A stretch of DNA of 64,000 bases, from positions 62,001 through 126,000 of the forward strand of contig CBFDEM010000034.1 in NCBI GenBank assembly GCA_965603825.1, written 5' to 3'. This document shows positions 53,302 to 64,000 of the stretch, piece by piece; the first letter of the stretch is position 1; each line of letters opens with the position of its first letter. A program made the translations under genes and the position numbers. The notes beneath the pieces are model-generated. The model had not been told where the DNA came from. It did not search any database and was given only the letters and a program-made list of their open reading frames with translations. This stretch comes from Blepharisma stoltei ATCC 30299 (taxonomy: Eukaryota; Protista; Ciliophora).

Positions 53302-53451
53302 TTTATATATCAAACGCTATCATATTAAATATAGTTTATAATATGGACCTTAATTCCGATTTAATTCAATCTAAGCTGAATTTTAATTTTTCTCCAATTT
53401 AAAAATTAACTTATCATACACAATATGACGTAAACATTTTCTGCGATTATC

Positions 53452-54504
53452 ATGGCATCTGTTCAATGCAGTCCTTCAATTCTTTACAACCAAAGGCATA
53501 ACACATTATTTATAAAAATCAACCGACCAGAATCCCTCAATTCTTTTAACATGGAGATGCTCAACACAATGCATTATTTAGTCAAAAAGGCAAAAGATGA
53601 AAATCTGAACTTGGTTATCTCTGGTAAGGGCCGAGCCTTAAGTGCAGGAGCTGACATTGTTACAATGGCCAAAGGTGAAATAAACCCTGAGATGGCATTT
53701 GAGTCTATTTATAAATTAGCATATTTTGCGTCATCATTACCAACTGAGAGAGTCGCTTTTATGAATGGAATTACGTTTGGAGGAGGTGTTGGGCTGTCTT
53801 GGTCATCCTCTATTAGAGTTTCTACCCCAAATACACTATGGGCTATGCCTGAGGTGACTATAGGATTTGTCCCTGATATCGGTGCATCTTATCATTTAAG
53901 TAGAATAAATCCTCCAGAGCTAGGCTTATATTTATCACTTACAGGAGACAGACTTAATGGAGTTGATTGCTATTTATTTGGCATTTCAGAATATTTTATA
54001 GAAGAAGATGTTGATAAAGTTATCAATGAAATGTATGAAACAGGGAATTTAAAGCCAACATTAGAAAAATATCACAGGGAGCCCAATAAAAATAAGTCAA
54101 AAATATGGCCAGATTTAAAAGACCTGATATATTGTTTTAACACTTATTTAGGGATTGAGTATATTATGTATAGACTAAGAGAACTAGGGACTGAATGGAG
54201 CTTGAAGACTTTGGAAAGGATGAAAATTATTTGTCCATTATCATTAGTAATTGCACAGGAATCTTTTAGAAGAGGGAGACATATTACTTATAGGGAGTCT
54301 TTTATCATGGAATATAATTTAGCATCCCAACTTATTCATCATAGGGCTGAGAACTTCAGAAATGCAGTAAAAAATAAGCTGATAGCTAAAAGCAAGCATG
54401 GAGTTGGCTGGGTTCCTGATAAAATTACTAGTATAGGTGACACTACAATAAGACCTTATTTTCTTAACAAAGAAGGAAGAAAATTAGAGCTCCCAAGACT
54501 TTAA
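53452..54504 (+). CDS. HIBCH: 3-hydroxyisobutyryl-CoA hydrolase-like (crotonase fold)
   Basis: NRPESLNS, ALSAGADI, MNGITFGGGVG, AMPEVTIGFVPDIG, LSLTGDRL. Confidence 0.88.
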   Translation: MASVQCSPSILYNQRHNTLFIKINRPESLNSFNMEMLNTMHYLVKKAKDENLNLVISGKGRALSAGADIVTMAKGEINPEMAFESIYKLAYFASSLPTERVAFMNGITFGGGVGLSWSSSIRVSTPNTLWAMPEVTIGFVPDIGASYHLSRINPPELGLYLSLTGDRLNGVDCYLFGISEYFIEEDVDKVINEMYETGNLKPTLEKYHREPNKNKSKIWPDLKDLIYCFNTYLGIEYIMYRLRELGTEWSLKTLERMKIICPLSLVIAQESFRRGRHITYRESFIMEYNLASQLIHHRAENFRNAVKNKLIAKSKHGVGWVPDKITSIGDTTIRPYFLNKEGRKLELPRL

Positions 54505-54822
54505 TAAATTTAAGCTCTTTCTCTTTGACAGAGATTTATTGAAAGAATAATTTTAATAATATGAAATATAAATCCACTGTTGATGAATTGAATAAGCAGC
54601 TAAAATCATAGCAAACTCTCTTAACTGCTAGATTATTTATTTAGTAATATATAACTCTCTTTTGAAATAATCCATATATATTGAAATAAGACTTGGATTA
54701 GTTTATAATTTTATATAAGTTTTTGATTAATCATAATACAACACAGAAAATAATATACCGGAATCTTGTATTTCTAAATAGAATATATTTAATTATGCAA
54801 CAATAACGAGTTAACTTAATAA

Positions 54823-55743
54823 ATGGAGACCTTTGACGTAAAAATCACTTGGAAAGAAAAGATTGCTGAAAGAATCACATGCGCCCTGCTAACCACACTA
54901 GTTCTTGAGCTCATTTTCCTGGTAACTCTTATTGTGTTCATCTACAACGATTCCTCTTCGCAGTTCTTATTTTATATTTTCTCAATCTTAGTTTTGATGG
55001 TAGGTACAATATACTTTGCATGGCATTCTCTTGTAAAAGAAAACGCGTTTGAATTATTGGCATTTATGATAATATCATCAATTCTCAGCTTCCATGGGAT
55101 TTACCAAACGATAAAGCACTCTAATTATATGACTTTGACGCTCGTCTCAATTCTGGTCCTTAGCATTTCCCAAGCTTTTTATTTCTTCTCCTTCTATTTC
55201 GCATATAAAAGATTCACGCATAGAATCACTAACGATTTACAGACGCAGAAAATTAAAGAAAAAGCATTCAAATTATATGAAACCTTTGTATCAGTCATAA
55301 AAGTCGATTTTTTATTATATACACTAACAGCAGGGACTTTTGTTTATTATATCCTTGCAGATTGGAGCAGTTTTAGGCTTGGAGGCCTCATTTTATGTGG
55401 AGTTTTCTATTTTATAATGATATGCTACTCATTTTTGGGTATTTTAGCTGTAATTTTTATTTAGACAACCCAAGAAAAAATGAAGCTCTTGCTTTCATTT
55501 TTAATTTTAACTCCTATTTGTCTAGGAATTAAGCTTTACTTTTTAATTGTGATCGCAATTTCTCCAGGGGATTCAGTTGATAGATTTGCACTGATCCAAA
55601 TTTGTGTGATTGTAGGAGTTGACATATTTGTTGCAGCTGGACTTGTGTACATGGGCTATATTGGCTATCAAAGAGGAAAAGTCGGGTTGATGTCTCTGAT
55701 CCGAGCTGCAAGTGATGATGCAATTAAATCTCCATTTATCTAA
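54823..55743 (+). CDS. Multipass membrane protein
   Basis: About 8 hydrophobic segments, ENAFEL motif; intron 55450-55464 joins two ORFs. Confidence 0.8.
55450..55464 (+). other. 15-nt intron gtaatttttatttag
   Basis: Textbook heterotrich-type intron; in-frame TAG if retained. Confidence 0.9.
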
Positions 55744-55836
55744 TACTATTCAGTTAAACAGAAACTATAAGATTTCACATTAGGCTTATTAATAGTAATG
55801 ATAGTAGATAATCAATTTTAATTAATTTAATAAAAA

Positions 55837-56520
55837 TTAATTATATATAGATTTAAAATATACATCATCTTCAAAGTCTGATACACTTGGAGAAGCCACC
55901 ACTTGTACATAAAAAGGCTCTTTTGCACTTATAGACATTTTGGTCATATTATGAGATGCATAATTGGGGTTATTTATTGATTTCAACTCTTTTTCTATAC
56001 AATTTGTATGATTCTTGATATTGAAAATTTTTTTGGAAATAGTCACGAGGGTTGTATCGACTTTTCCAACGATTCGGAGCTTTTTTTTGAGTTTTACGCT
56101 AGGAAATCCTTTTTGTCTTACTCCAATAGCTTTTCTTATATTATTTCGCATTTTTGAAAGATGGTTAATTTCATCAGTAGGAAATTTAGTTTGGCTTGTA
56201 AACCCATAAATCGGTAATTTTTCTATTGAATTAGAGATTTTTAAAGTTTCGTACAGTTTTTCATGGTCATTGAAATTGGGTTTTATCGCAGATTTGCTCC
56301 TTCTTTTAGTATTTTCATGCTTTACACTCGGTTTTTTTGGAATTGTCTCTAAGAGTGGTAATGATTTATAAATTCCACTTGAGCTGCCGTGATAGGATTT
56401 TAGAAGTTTTGGCTTGCTTAGTTGATACTGCTGAAAGAGATGCAGTTGAGAGAGAAAACTTGGCTTTGCGATTGACATATTATGGCTAGCCATAATATTT
56501 TTCTTAATGGTTTGCTGCAT
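55837..56520 (-). CDS. Hypothetical basic protein
   Basis: 227-aa ATG..TAA ORF filling the intergenic gap; no motif recognised. Confidence 0.65.
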   Translation of the reverse strand: MQQTIKKNIMASHNMSIAKPSFLSQLHLFQQYQLSKPKLLKSYHGSSSGIYKSLPLLETIPKKPSVKHENTKRRSKSAIKPNFNDHEKLYETLKISNSIEKLPIYGFTSQTKFPTDEINHLSKMRNNIRKAIGVRQKGFPSVKLKKKLRIVGKVDTTLVTISKKIFNIKNHTNCIEKELKSINNPNYASHNMTKMSISAKEPFYVQVVASPSVSDFEDDVYFKSIYN

Positions 56521-56682
56521 TATTTCGCATCCAATTCTTATTTATAATATCAATAAAATTAAAATATCTAAATTAATCCTAAAAATAAAAGCAAGATTTA
56601 CAATAAAAAAATAATAAAGATGCTGAGATGCATTACTGAATATTTGAAAAATCAAAATCTTTTGAAATAAGAATTATTAAAT

Positions 56683-58395
56683 ATGGACAGAACGCTTCTT
56701 AGAAAAAAGAAAGGAGGAGATGTTGTTCCATTCCGATTAGTTCGATATACACCATCTCCAGAAACACAGCTTCTTGTGACATCTCGGAAAGAGTTCAGAA
56801 TTCGAGTGCCAATTTCCCCTGTGCAGTCTCCTCACCCTCATGTAAAAAAACCCTCTTCTACATCGTTTTCAGGAAAAACAAGCCCAACCCGTGAACTTCT
56901 AAATGATTTTAAGTCGACGTTAAACGACCAAGGCAAAGTTATAAGCCCTACATTTGATGAAAATATCAATCGCTTGCAGAATCTCCAATGGGTTAAATCT
57001 TTGGATACTAGACATTCTTTACCATCGTCCAGCCCAAAGCCAGCCTCAATTTCTAAAATATTGCAAGACCAGCTTGGAGATAAATTCGCTGCTCGGGCAA
57101 ATATTCAATCTCTTTTTCTACCTCAAAATAACAGTAAGCGATCTAAGTTTTCAAATGAAGATCAAGTTGCTAAAGAAAATGAACAAAATGATTTTAAAAA
57201 AAGAAAAGAGGAAATAGTCCATTGAAGCCTAAAAGCAACAATGGGCTCAAAGCCAAACTCAAGTGAAGGAAGCTCACTTTTCGTGATAAACAGAAAAATC
57301 TATATATTTGGTGGGCAGTCCAGAGGTAAAGTCACTGATTTACATGAGCTAGATATGATAACTGGTGTATGAAGAAAAGTGAACTCAAATTACTCTCCAA
57401 ACGGAAGGCTGGGATGCTCATTAGCTGTATATAAGAAAAAAATTATTTCTTTTGGTGGATGTTCTGGACATAGCCAGAACTTAGGAGTCAGAAGATGCTC
57501 TAACAAATTGTATGTTTTAAGTTTTGACACCATGAATTGGCAACGATATCATGGAGGGGGATCTATTCCTACTCCACGAAGAAACCATGCTTGCACTTTG
57601 CTAGGAAAAAGCATGCTGGTTTATGGAGGAGTTGACCAGCTTTCCCATGCCTTGCCTGATCTATATATTTATGATGTAAAAAACAAAGAATGATCTCTTC
57701 CTGAAGTAAAAGTATATGGAGATCCAGGACCTCGATCTCATGCTACACTCACAGCAGTTTTCAATGAAGCATTGAAAGTGAATTTTGACTTTATTTTGCT
57801 AAGCTTATCTAAAATGAAGCAAGAATTAAATATATTGAACAGTGGCTTTTACTTATTTGGAGGATTAGATAGCACAGGAACCCCAACAAATGCTCTTCAT
57901 GGACTTTATGTCCGTGATGGGCAGCTAGTCTGAACAGAAGTCCAATCCTTTGGAAAACCTCCAACTCCTCGATATAGCCACTCAGCATGCTCAATGAATG
58001 AAAAATTGTTTATTTTTGGCGGAAGAAATGATTTATTGTACAAAGAAACTGGAGAATCAAGCTTAGGAGACCTGCATATTTTTAATGTGGAACATCTGAC
58101 CTGGGAGAGTGTTATAGTCAATGGAAATGCACCTGAAGCCAGATGAGGCCACTGTATGTGCACTTTTGGGACTAAAATATTGATATTTGGAGGAATGACC
58201 CACAAGAAGTTTATGAACGCTGACTTATACAGCTTAGAAACTAATAGTGATTATGTTGATGAGCTTTTGAAATATGATAAAGAAAAAACTGTGGCTCCTT
58301 CAGTTGAGGTTTATGCGTCGATTGGGAGAGGATTTAAGTCATTCTTACAGAAGTTTATGGATCAGAGCACTCCTAAGACAAAAGAAGAAGATTAA
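56683..58395 (+). CDS. Kelch-repeat protein
   Basis: IYIFGG, ISFGG, LVYGG, YLFGG, LFIFGG, LIFGG blades; blade-terminal Trp codons are often TGA. Confidence 0.9.
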
Positions 58396-58536
58396 CAAAC
58401 CTACACTATGTTAATTATATATTATTGCTTTATGAGATTATAAGTCTAAATATTTTTGGCATTTTGAAATCTACTCAAGATTTCGAAAGAAAGGGTAGAA
58501 ATTTATTTGATGTAGGATACTTAATGTATAGATTTC

Positions 58537-59451
58537 TTATCTGATTTTCTTTAAGTTAGTTTTAGCAACTTTTGTTATTTTTTTGTGATTTTCTATATAA
58601 AACTCATTAGCTAAATCTCCTTCGTTGTCCATATAAACTGAAAGCTTAGGCTCGCCTTGGATTCCTCCATCTTTTCGTGGCCTTTCTTGGATCACTGGAT
58701 CTATGAATTGCTCTTCTTTAGGGTTTTGGATTGCTGGAGGCTTCGCTTTGTATTGCTTTACTGTAGGTTTAAGCCGAAAATAATGAGTAACTAAAATACT
58801 TAGACAAATAAAGGCTAAATCAGGTCTGTCAAAAAGAGCAAAAGACTGTAGGTTAATAAACACTTCTAATAAGCTAATAAACATTGGGATTTGAGTGAAC
58901 AGTGCATGATGGATAAAGCAATAAACCGTTTTTGATTCCTCTAGAGGAGCTACAAATTGGTATAATGACAAAATATATGCTAAAAATGTGCTTTGATATT
59001 GAACAGAATCAAATGCCTCAAGGTCGAAAAACAAAGAAATGCCCTAAATAGCCTTTACTATTATCACTGATGAGAAAAATAGTGAAAAAATTGTGTTTGG
59101 GGTCCTTATATGAACCCGGAGTTTTACATATGGGATCTTCAATGATAGTGCCTTTCTAAATCTCAGGTCTTTTATGCTTAATAAAAGCAAAAATCCTTCT
59201 AGCAAAAATAAAAAGCCAATGAAGTATTTATAATAGTTCCCAGCATAGCTTGTAAACTGGTAATAAGATGTGACAAATACCAAAATCGCTGAGTAATATC
59301 GAACAATCTAAATATTTTTTACACTTTCTCTCCAATTCTTCAGAAAAACAACTGAAATTAATTGGAAAATGCACAAAGAATAGACAACTGCCAGCTTTGT
59401 GTCTATAGGCTCATAATGTTTTTCAATAATCTCATTCTCAAGATTATCCAT
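58537..59451 (-). CDS. Multipass membrane protein, two 15-nt introns
   Basis: ATG 59451; introns 59308-59322 and 59044-59058 remove in-frame TAG stops. Confidence 0.75.
59044..59058 (-). other. 15-nt intron gtaaaggctatttag
   Basis: GT..AG, A at position 10. Confidence 0.85.
59308..59322 (-). other. 15-nt intron gtaaaaaatatttag
   Basis: GT..AG, A at position 10. Confidence 0.85.
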
Positions 59452-59473
59452 TTTATATATCATCTTTAATAGC

Positions 59474-60568
59474 TTAATTTCTTATATATCTCAATATCAG
59501 ATTTTCAGCTTGTCTCGGTACTTGTCCTTCATCTTGATTTTTCCTATACAACTGAGGACTTATTGTATAAGCGAAACCTTCATACGTCGGCGAATTCGTC
59601 AAATTCAGCAAACTGCCATCATAAACTGTGCTATCTCTCGCAGGACAGCAAGTAAATTCTTCACTGAAGTACCTGCAATCAGTGGGGCTGCTTAAAAATG
59701 GCACAAAAGGGGGGGAAACCTGCTTTATTTCTAATAAATCCCAATCAATTGAAGAAAACCAAGGATGAATTTTTATTTCTTCAGCACCTAGAGGTGAAGA
59801 CCCCATCCTCTTTTTAGGGTCTTTTACCAACAGTCTACGCAATAAATCTGAAGCTTCTTCAGGTAACGATGCAGGATATTTAATTTCTTCTGAAAGGATT
59901 TTTCTATAAATATCTGTTCTTCTTTTAGTATAAAATGGTGGCAAGCCTATAAGCATTTCATAAATCATGCAGCCTAAGCTTCACCAGTCCACTTCAAAAC
60001 TATGTCCTTGCTTAGTCAGAGTTTCTGGCGCCAAATATTCAGGGGTCCCACAAAAAGTTTTGGTCAAGCAATTATTGCTCATATCTTTTGATAGCCCGAA
60101 ATCAGTTAACTTAATAAATCCGTCAGCATCTAAAAGGACGTTTTCTGGTTTTAGGTCACGGTATACGATGTTTTGTTTATGAAGATGGTCTAACGCTAGC
60201 ACTATGCAGGCAGCATAAAACCGAGCCCGATTTTCATCAAACCGCTTGGCTCGGGATAAATGGAAAAAGAGCTCTCCCCCGGGACAGAAATCAACTAATA
60301 AGTAGAGTTTCTGTGAGTTTTGAAATGCATAGTACAGCTTTACAATGTATGGATGTTTAATATTTTCTAATATCCATCTTTCTGTTCTAGTATGCTGAAT
60401 TTGGTTTTTCACGGCTAAGTGCTTTTTCTTGAGAATTTTCATTGCGTAAAGTGCTTGGGTGTCCCGTTTTTTTACAAGAAGCACTTTTCCATAAGAACCG
60501 TGGCCGAGGACGCTTAGAAGCTCGAAATCTTCTAAAGATGTTGGATGGCGGATATTTGGAATGTCCAT
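59474..60568 (-). CDS. AGC-family Ser/Thr kinase (S6K/SGK/Akt-like)
   Basis: GHGSYG, YRDLKPEN, DFG, TFCGTPEYLAPE, VDWWSLG (second W = TGA 59981), AGC C-tail. Confidence 0.95.
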
Positions 60569-60620
60569 TTTTAAAATTTTAATAAGAGATTAATCATTAT
60601 TAATCGGAATTAAGTAAATA

Positions 60621-62264
60621 TTAACGCTCTACGATATAAGTCCATTTTCCATAAAGAGAATTTAATAGAAACTCTTTAATGGATTCTCCTATGCCTTGGC
60701 ATTTTTCAACTTCTTCTTGTCTGTCATTTGTGATCTCACAGTAAAAATCGTTTAAACATTGAGCTTTACATCCTAAGGGAGTATCTGGACCATTTGTGTA
60801 TTTGTTTGTCACGTATTTCATCATTAATAATTCGTATTTTTTTATTTTTGCTGATAGGTTTAAGATTGTAGGTGGAAGCATATTTTCGACCTTATAAAAG
60901 CTTAGGAAATCATAAGCTTGGAAAAATGAAGGTTTAGCCTCGGTTAAATTAAGACGATACTGAGTATAATTTATGATAACTTTAGAAAGGGCATCAGCTT
61001 GATATATTCTGTATGATGGATTTGAATTTTTATATGGTGAAAGTGAGGGAGATATAAATTGGATGCCTGTTGGCTTGCTTGAAAAATAGCCTTTATTTAT
61101 CCTAAATTCATCTCTGTTTTCACCACCAAAAAATTGGCCCATAACAGTATTTTGATATCTTTCCATTAATACAGAATAATGCTTACTTCAGCTATTTACG
61201 CATGATTTTGACCCTGGAGCAATATTTCCTATAATATAGACTTTATAACCATACATTTCTGCATTAGCCAGCTCATTATTCAACCATAAAATATATCCAT
61301 TTGGATCTGTAACATTAGCAAACAGGTAAAAATTATTTATATCACAAGAAAGTGTATTCAGCCCAATTATTCTTAAATTTGTATTTTTATACTGTACTGA
61401 ATAAACCCCTTTTTCAGCAAATTGAGCAGCTCCTTGCTTGCCTAGTCATATTGACCATAAATTAGTCAGGCTTTTCAAAAAATAAGAATCAGCACTAAAA
61501 TCATATTGGTGCTCTGGATAGCAGTCTAAAGGTCCAAAAATCGGGAAGACAGGGGTAAGATACGAGTTAAATTTATTCAAAATCTCTTGGGTGACGTTTT
61601 TAATCACATTAAGTCTGTCTGATGATGACAATAACAAGTCATGAGCGACACTATTGCCATTCCAAATAATAAAATCTGGATTATTTTGAGAGATTGAATC
61701 TAAAGCTTTTCGCAAAGTTGGCAACGGCAATTCGCAGTTATAATCTCCATTAGGGCCTGCTGTGTCGCTTGTGTTTTTAGGTGTGCCTTTTCGACAGCAT
61801 GGCCCTGAGGAGCACAAATTTGAGGCGCCTGATATATATTTCCTATCAAGCCTTATATCAGAAATTTGAGCAAAATGCAAATAGTTTAGACTTCTTATAG
61901 GAATTTGATAATCAGGGGTATTTTTCAATGCATTCTTAGCCCAGCTCTCAAAATCTTCAAGTATATATTCTGCTGAATTGCAAATTCCTGGTCTAGAGCA
62001 TAGGAAAATTCCATTCACAAATCTCCTTTGCAATACATCAGCCACTTCTCCAAGTACTAAGCTTCCAATTGTATTGCAATAGTTAGGATCTGTCGTTTTC
62101 TGGCATATGTCTATCAAATAATTCTTTAATGTGCCTTGAAATAAAGAATTTGATAGAAGATATTGAAGAGCCCCAGCTGCAATCATGCAGGTTTGGCAGT
62201 CAAGTTGGCCTTGGGCTGCATAAAGTATGAGCAAAAAATAGAAAAGCATGCTTTTATTTCCCAT
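60621..62264 (-). CDS. Acid sphingomyelinase-like protein (saposin B + metallophosphoesterase), metal ligands degenerate
   Basis: Signal peptide, saposin Cys pattern, CCR, GDYNCELP, NPSYRIY; joined by TGA 61446. Confidence 0.85.
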
Positions 62265-62445
62265 AGATTTGAATAGTTTAATAATTTGAAAATAATGAAG
62301 CTTCGCATCACCAAAATTTTTTGAATTTTAATTTCTCCATATTGGATTTTATAGTTAAAAAATTTATAATGTGTTTTAAAGAGTAAATATATAAGAATAA
62401 AAGACTATAAACTAATGATTTAGCTTATTGGTTAACTTATTGCGA

Positions 62446-63618
62446 TTATTGTGATGCTTTGGTTTCAGTCTTTGGCTTTTCTTCAATTTTAACTATTTCA
62501 GGCTCATCCTTCTTTTGTGCATTGAGGTCTTCAATATCTTCTACTTCAACAGGAATACCAGTAGGCTTTGCTGATTCTGTAGAAATAAATGGCGTTCCAG
62601 TTACTACGAAATCTTCCAGACTAATTTCTTTGACATTTCTAGCGATTTTTGCATATCCTTTCTCTCCCCATTCAGGTCCCCAGCTATTCTTAATAATCCA
62701 GTAAGGCTGCTGATTTTCATCAGTTCCCCAGCCTAAGACTTCGACTGCATGAGCACCTTTAACCTTTGTGGCAGCAATATGTGGCCTATAAACCCCACCC
62801 CCATAGACTAAGAAATCTGTAAATACTTGCATTATGCCAACTACAGGTCCATTTTTCTTAATTTCTCTCATTAAAGCAGCCTCTGTAGCACTTGCACAAA
62901 ATTCACTGACCTTAAAAGTGGCGTCTTCTAGCTTTTCAGGACATCCAGGAGCAGTAAGATCTTTTGAAGTGTAAGGGAAAACTTTGCTTTCGACAAGTCC
63001 AACGTCTCTTATATAATTCCATACAGAATCAATATTTCCTTGTGTGCAACCGTTATTCTTTTTGTCACAGGAAACCAAATCCTGTCCACTTAAGTTCACC
63101 AGAACAGCTCCTTGGCTATGGATGCAAAATCTTTCACTCAAACTTGAAGCTACAGCCAATGCATAAGATGATGAGCAGTTTCCTTGGACATAAATATCAG
63201 ACATGCAGTGAGGGAATTCTTCTCTGACATCATAATGGTCTGGGACAAGTCCTCCTTCATTAAGATAAGTCTGGCAAGGAGTCAGTGTTTTGGCTTGTTG
63301 AGAAATGTAAGTTTGTGAAGCCTGGGTCACATCTTTGAGATTCCAGTCCTTGAAATATGTGTTTTCTTTGAGGGTGTAGCCAAGCTTTAAGGCGTTTTGA
63401 GACTCAATAAAGGTAGAGTCAACGGCTGGGGTGAGATGAAGTGGGACTTCTGGATTGAAAATCAAGATACCGATAACGATTGCCATTATTCCTCCAAAGA
63501 TTCCGATGGCGATGTAGGTGTTCATGTTGCTTTTTGGTTTCTTTTTGTTAGCTTTCATAGCTCCTTTTCTAGCGTTTTCTCGGCTTATTTGAGCATCAAT
63601 CTCCTCGCCAGCTGCCAT
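62446..63618 (-). CDS. Membrane-anchored cathepsin B/TIN-ag-like protein, catalytic Cys replaced by Ser
   Basis: QGNCSSSYA, LSGQDLVSCD, GAHAVEVLGWG, WIIKNSWG; N-terminal TM segment. Confidence 0.9.
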   Translation of the reverse strand: MAAGEEIDAQISRENARKGAMKANKKKPKSNMNTYIAIGIFGGIMAIVIGILIFNPEVPLHLTPAVDSTFIESQNALKLGYTLKENTYFKDWNLKDVTQASQTYISQQAKTLTPCQTYLNEGGLVPDHYDVREEFPHCMSDIYVQGNCSSSYALAVASSLSERFCIHSQGAVLVNLSGQDLVSCDKKNNGCTQGNIDSVWNYIRDVGLVESKVFPYTSKDLTAPGCPEKLEDATFKVSEFCASATEAALMREIKKNGPVVGIMQVFTDFLVYGGGVYRPHIAATKVKGAHAVEVLGWGTDENQQPYWIIKNSWGPEWGEKGYAKIARNVKEISLEDFVVTGTPFISTESAKPTGIPVEVEDIEDLNAQKKDEPEIVKIEEKPKTETKASQ

Positions 63619-63914
63619 TTATAATTCCACGTGGATGATGGGATTAATTTTTAATTCTTTGTGTTTTAGGATTATTATAGTAGTCTTTATAGAGGAATCA
63701 ACCCTTGAAGATAAAGAAATATTGATAAATTGCTAATAAAAAATTGAAAAAATTTTGATAAAATTTATGTAATGAATTAGAGTCGATACTAGGTAAAATA
63801 TAATATAAAAAGGTCTAATGCGCCAATATTATTTGTTTATTTTTGTATCTCCCAAAATTGCCATTCTTATTATTTCACATTTAACTGTTGCAATTTAGTT
63901 ATGACTATACTGAA

Positions 63915-63998
63915 TTAAGGCTTTAGCAATTCTTGGCGAAGCTGCTGTGTAAACATATCTCCTGGCTGTTCTTCTTCCCAGTCCTCTTCCCACTGCTG
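63915..63998 (-). CDS. SEM1: 3' end of SEM1/DSS1 proteasome lid subunit (partial)
   Basis: QQWEEDWEEEQPGDMFTQQLRQELLKP* matches the DSS1 WEDDW...FxxQLRxEL pattern. Confidence 0.75.
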   Translation of the reverse strand, partial: QQWEEDWEEEQPGDMFTQQLRQELLKP

Positions 63999-64000
63999 TA

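Noticed and set aside
53425-53433. In-frame ATG-ACG-TAA just upstream of HIBCH
   Set aside because: No 15-16 nt GT..AG intron rescues it; a minimal uORF is expected by chance in AT-rich DNA.
9655-59322. General TAA/TAG = Gln (Condylostoma-like ambiguous code)
   Set aside because: In-frame TAR in intact genes is explained by 15-16 nt introns; long genes such as kinesin have none.
3467-61448. In-frame TGA as selenocysteine or as pseudogene stops
   Set aside because: They align with conserved Trp in many unrelated families, and frames stay intact on both sides.
4335-63624. Many short antisense or overlapping ORFs in the track (e.g. 5022..5399, 9179..9424, 38656..39150, 48085..48402) and TTG/GTG starts
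   Set aside because: Shadows of real genes on the opposite strand, or artefacts of using the wrong genetic code.
1-64000. Prokaryotic, mycoplasma or mitochondrial origin suggested by TGA=Trp and AT richness
   Set aside because: Calmodulin, kinesin, AGC kinase, cathepsins and GT-AG introns are nuclear eukaryotic features.

Overview
AT-rich, gene-dense eukaryotic DNA, almost certainly from a heterotrich ciliate macronucleus of the Blepharisma type (inference from two directly visible traits). (1) TGA encodes Trp: it sits at invariant-Trp motif positions in many unrelated genes, and intact genes end in TAA/TAG. (2) Introns are only 15-16 nt GT-AG, and all eight 15-mers have A at position 10. 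Re-reading with these rules merges the fragmented ORF track into about 30 intact genes, including a HAD phosphatase, STIMATE/TMEM110, an RRM+KH protein, an EEF1AKMT1-like methyltransferase, three calmodulins, cathepsin L, kinesin, two OSCA/TMEM63 channels, Yippee, HIBCH, a kelch protein, an AGC kinase and SEM1. The most unusual part is 8.5-25.6 kb, a tandem array of WD40 + ankyrin-like + TRP-type pore genes (3 long copies plus an inverted pore-only copy beside a decayed MULE transposon). The WD40 blades vary at shared positions, while the S4-S6 pore module is strongly conserved. In every copy the S1-S3 region is deleted or garbled and a stop codon precedes the pore ORF. The window also holds several apparent pseudo-enzymes (Ulp1-like, sphingomyelinase-like, cathepsin-B-like, possibly the P-loop protein). 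No rRNA, tRNA, CRISPR or telomere repeats were recognised. All family calls come from motif recognition only, not database searches.
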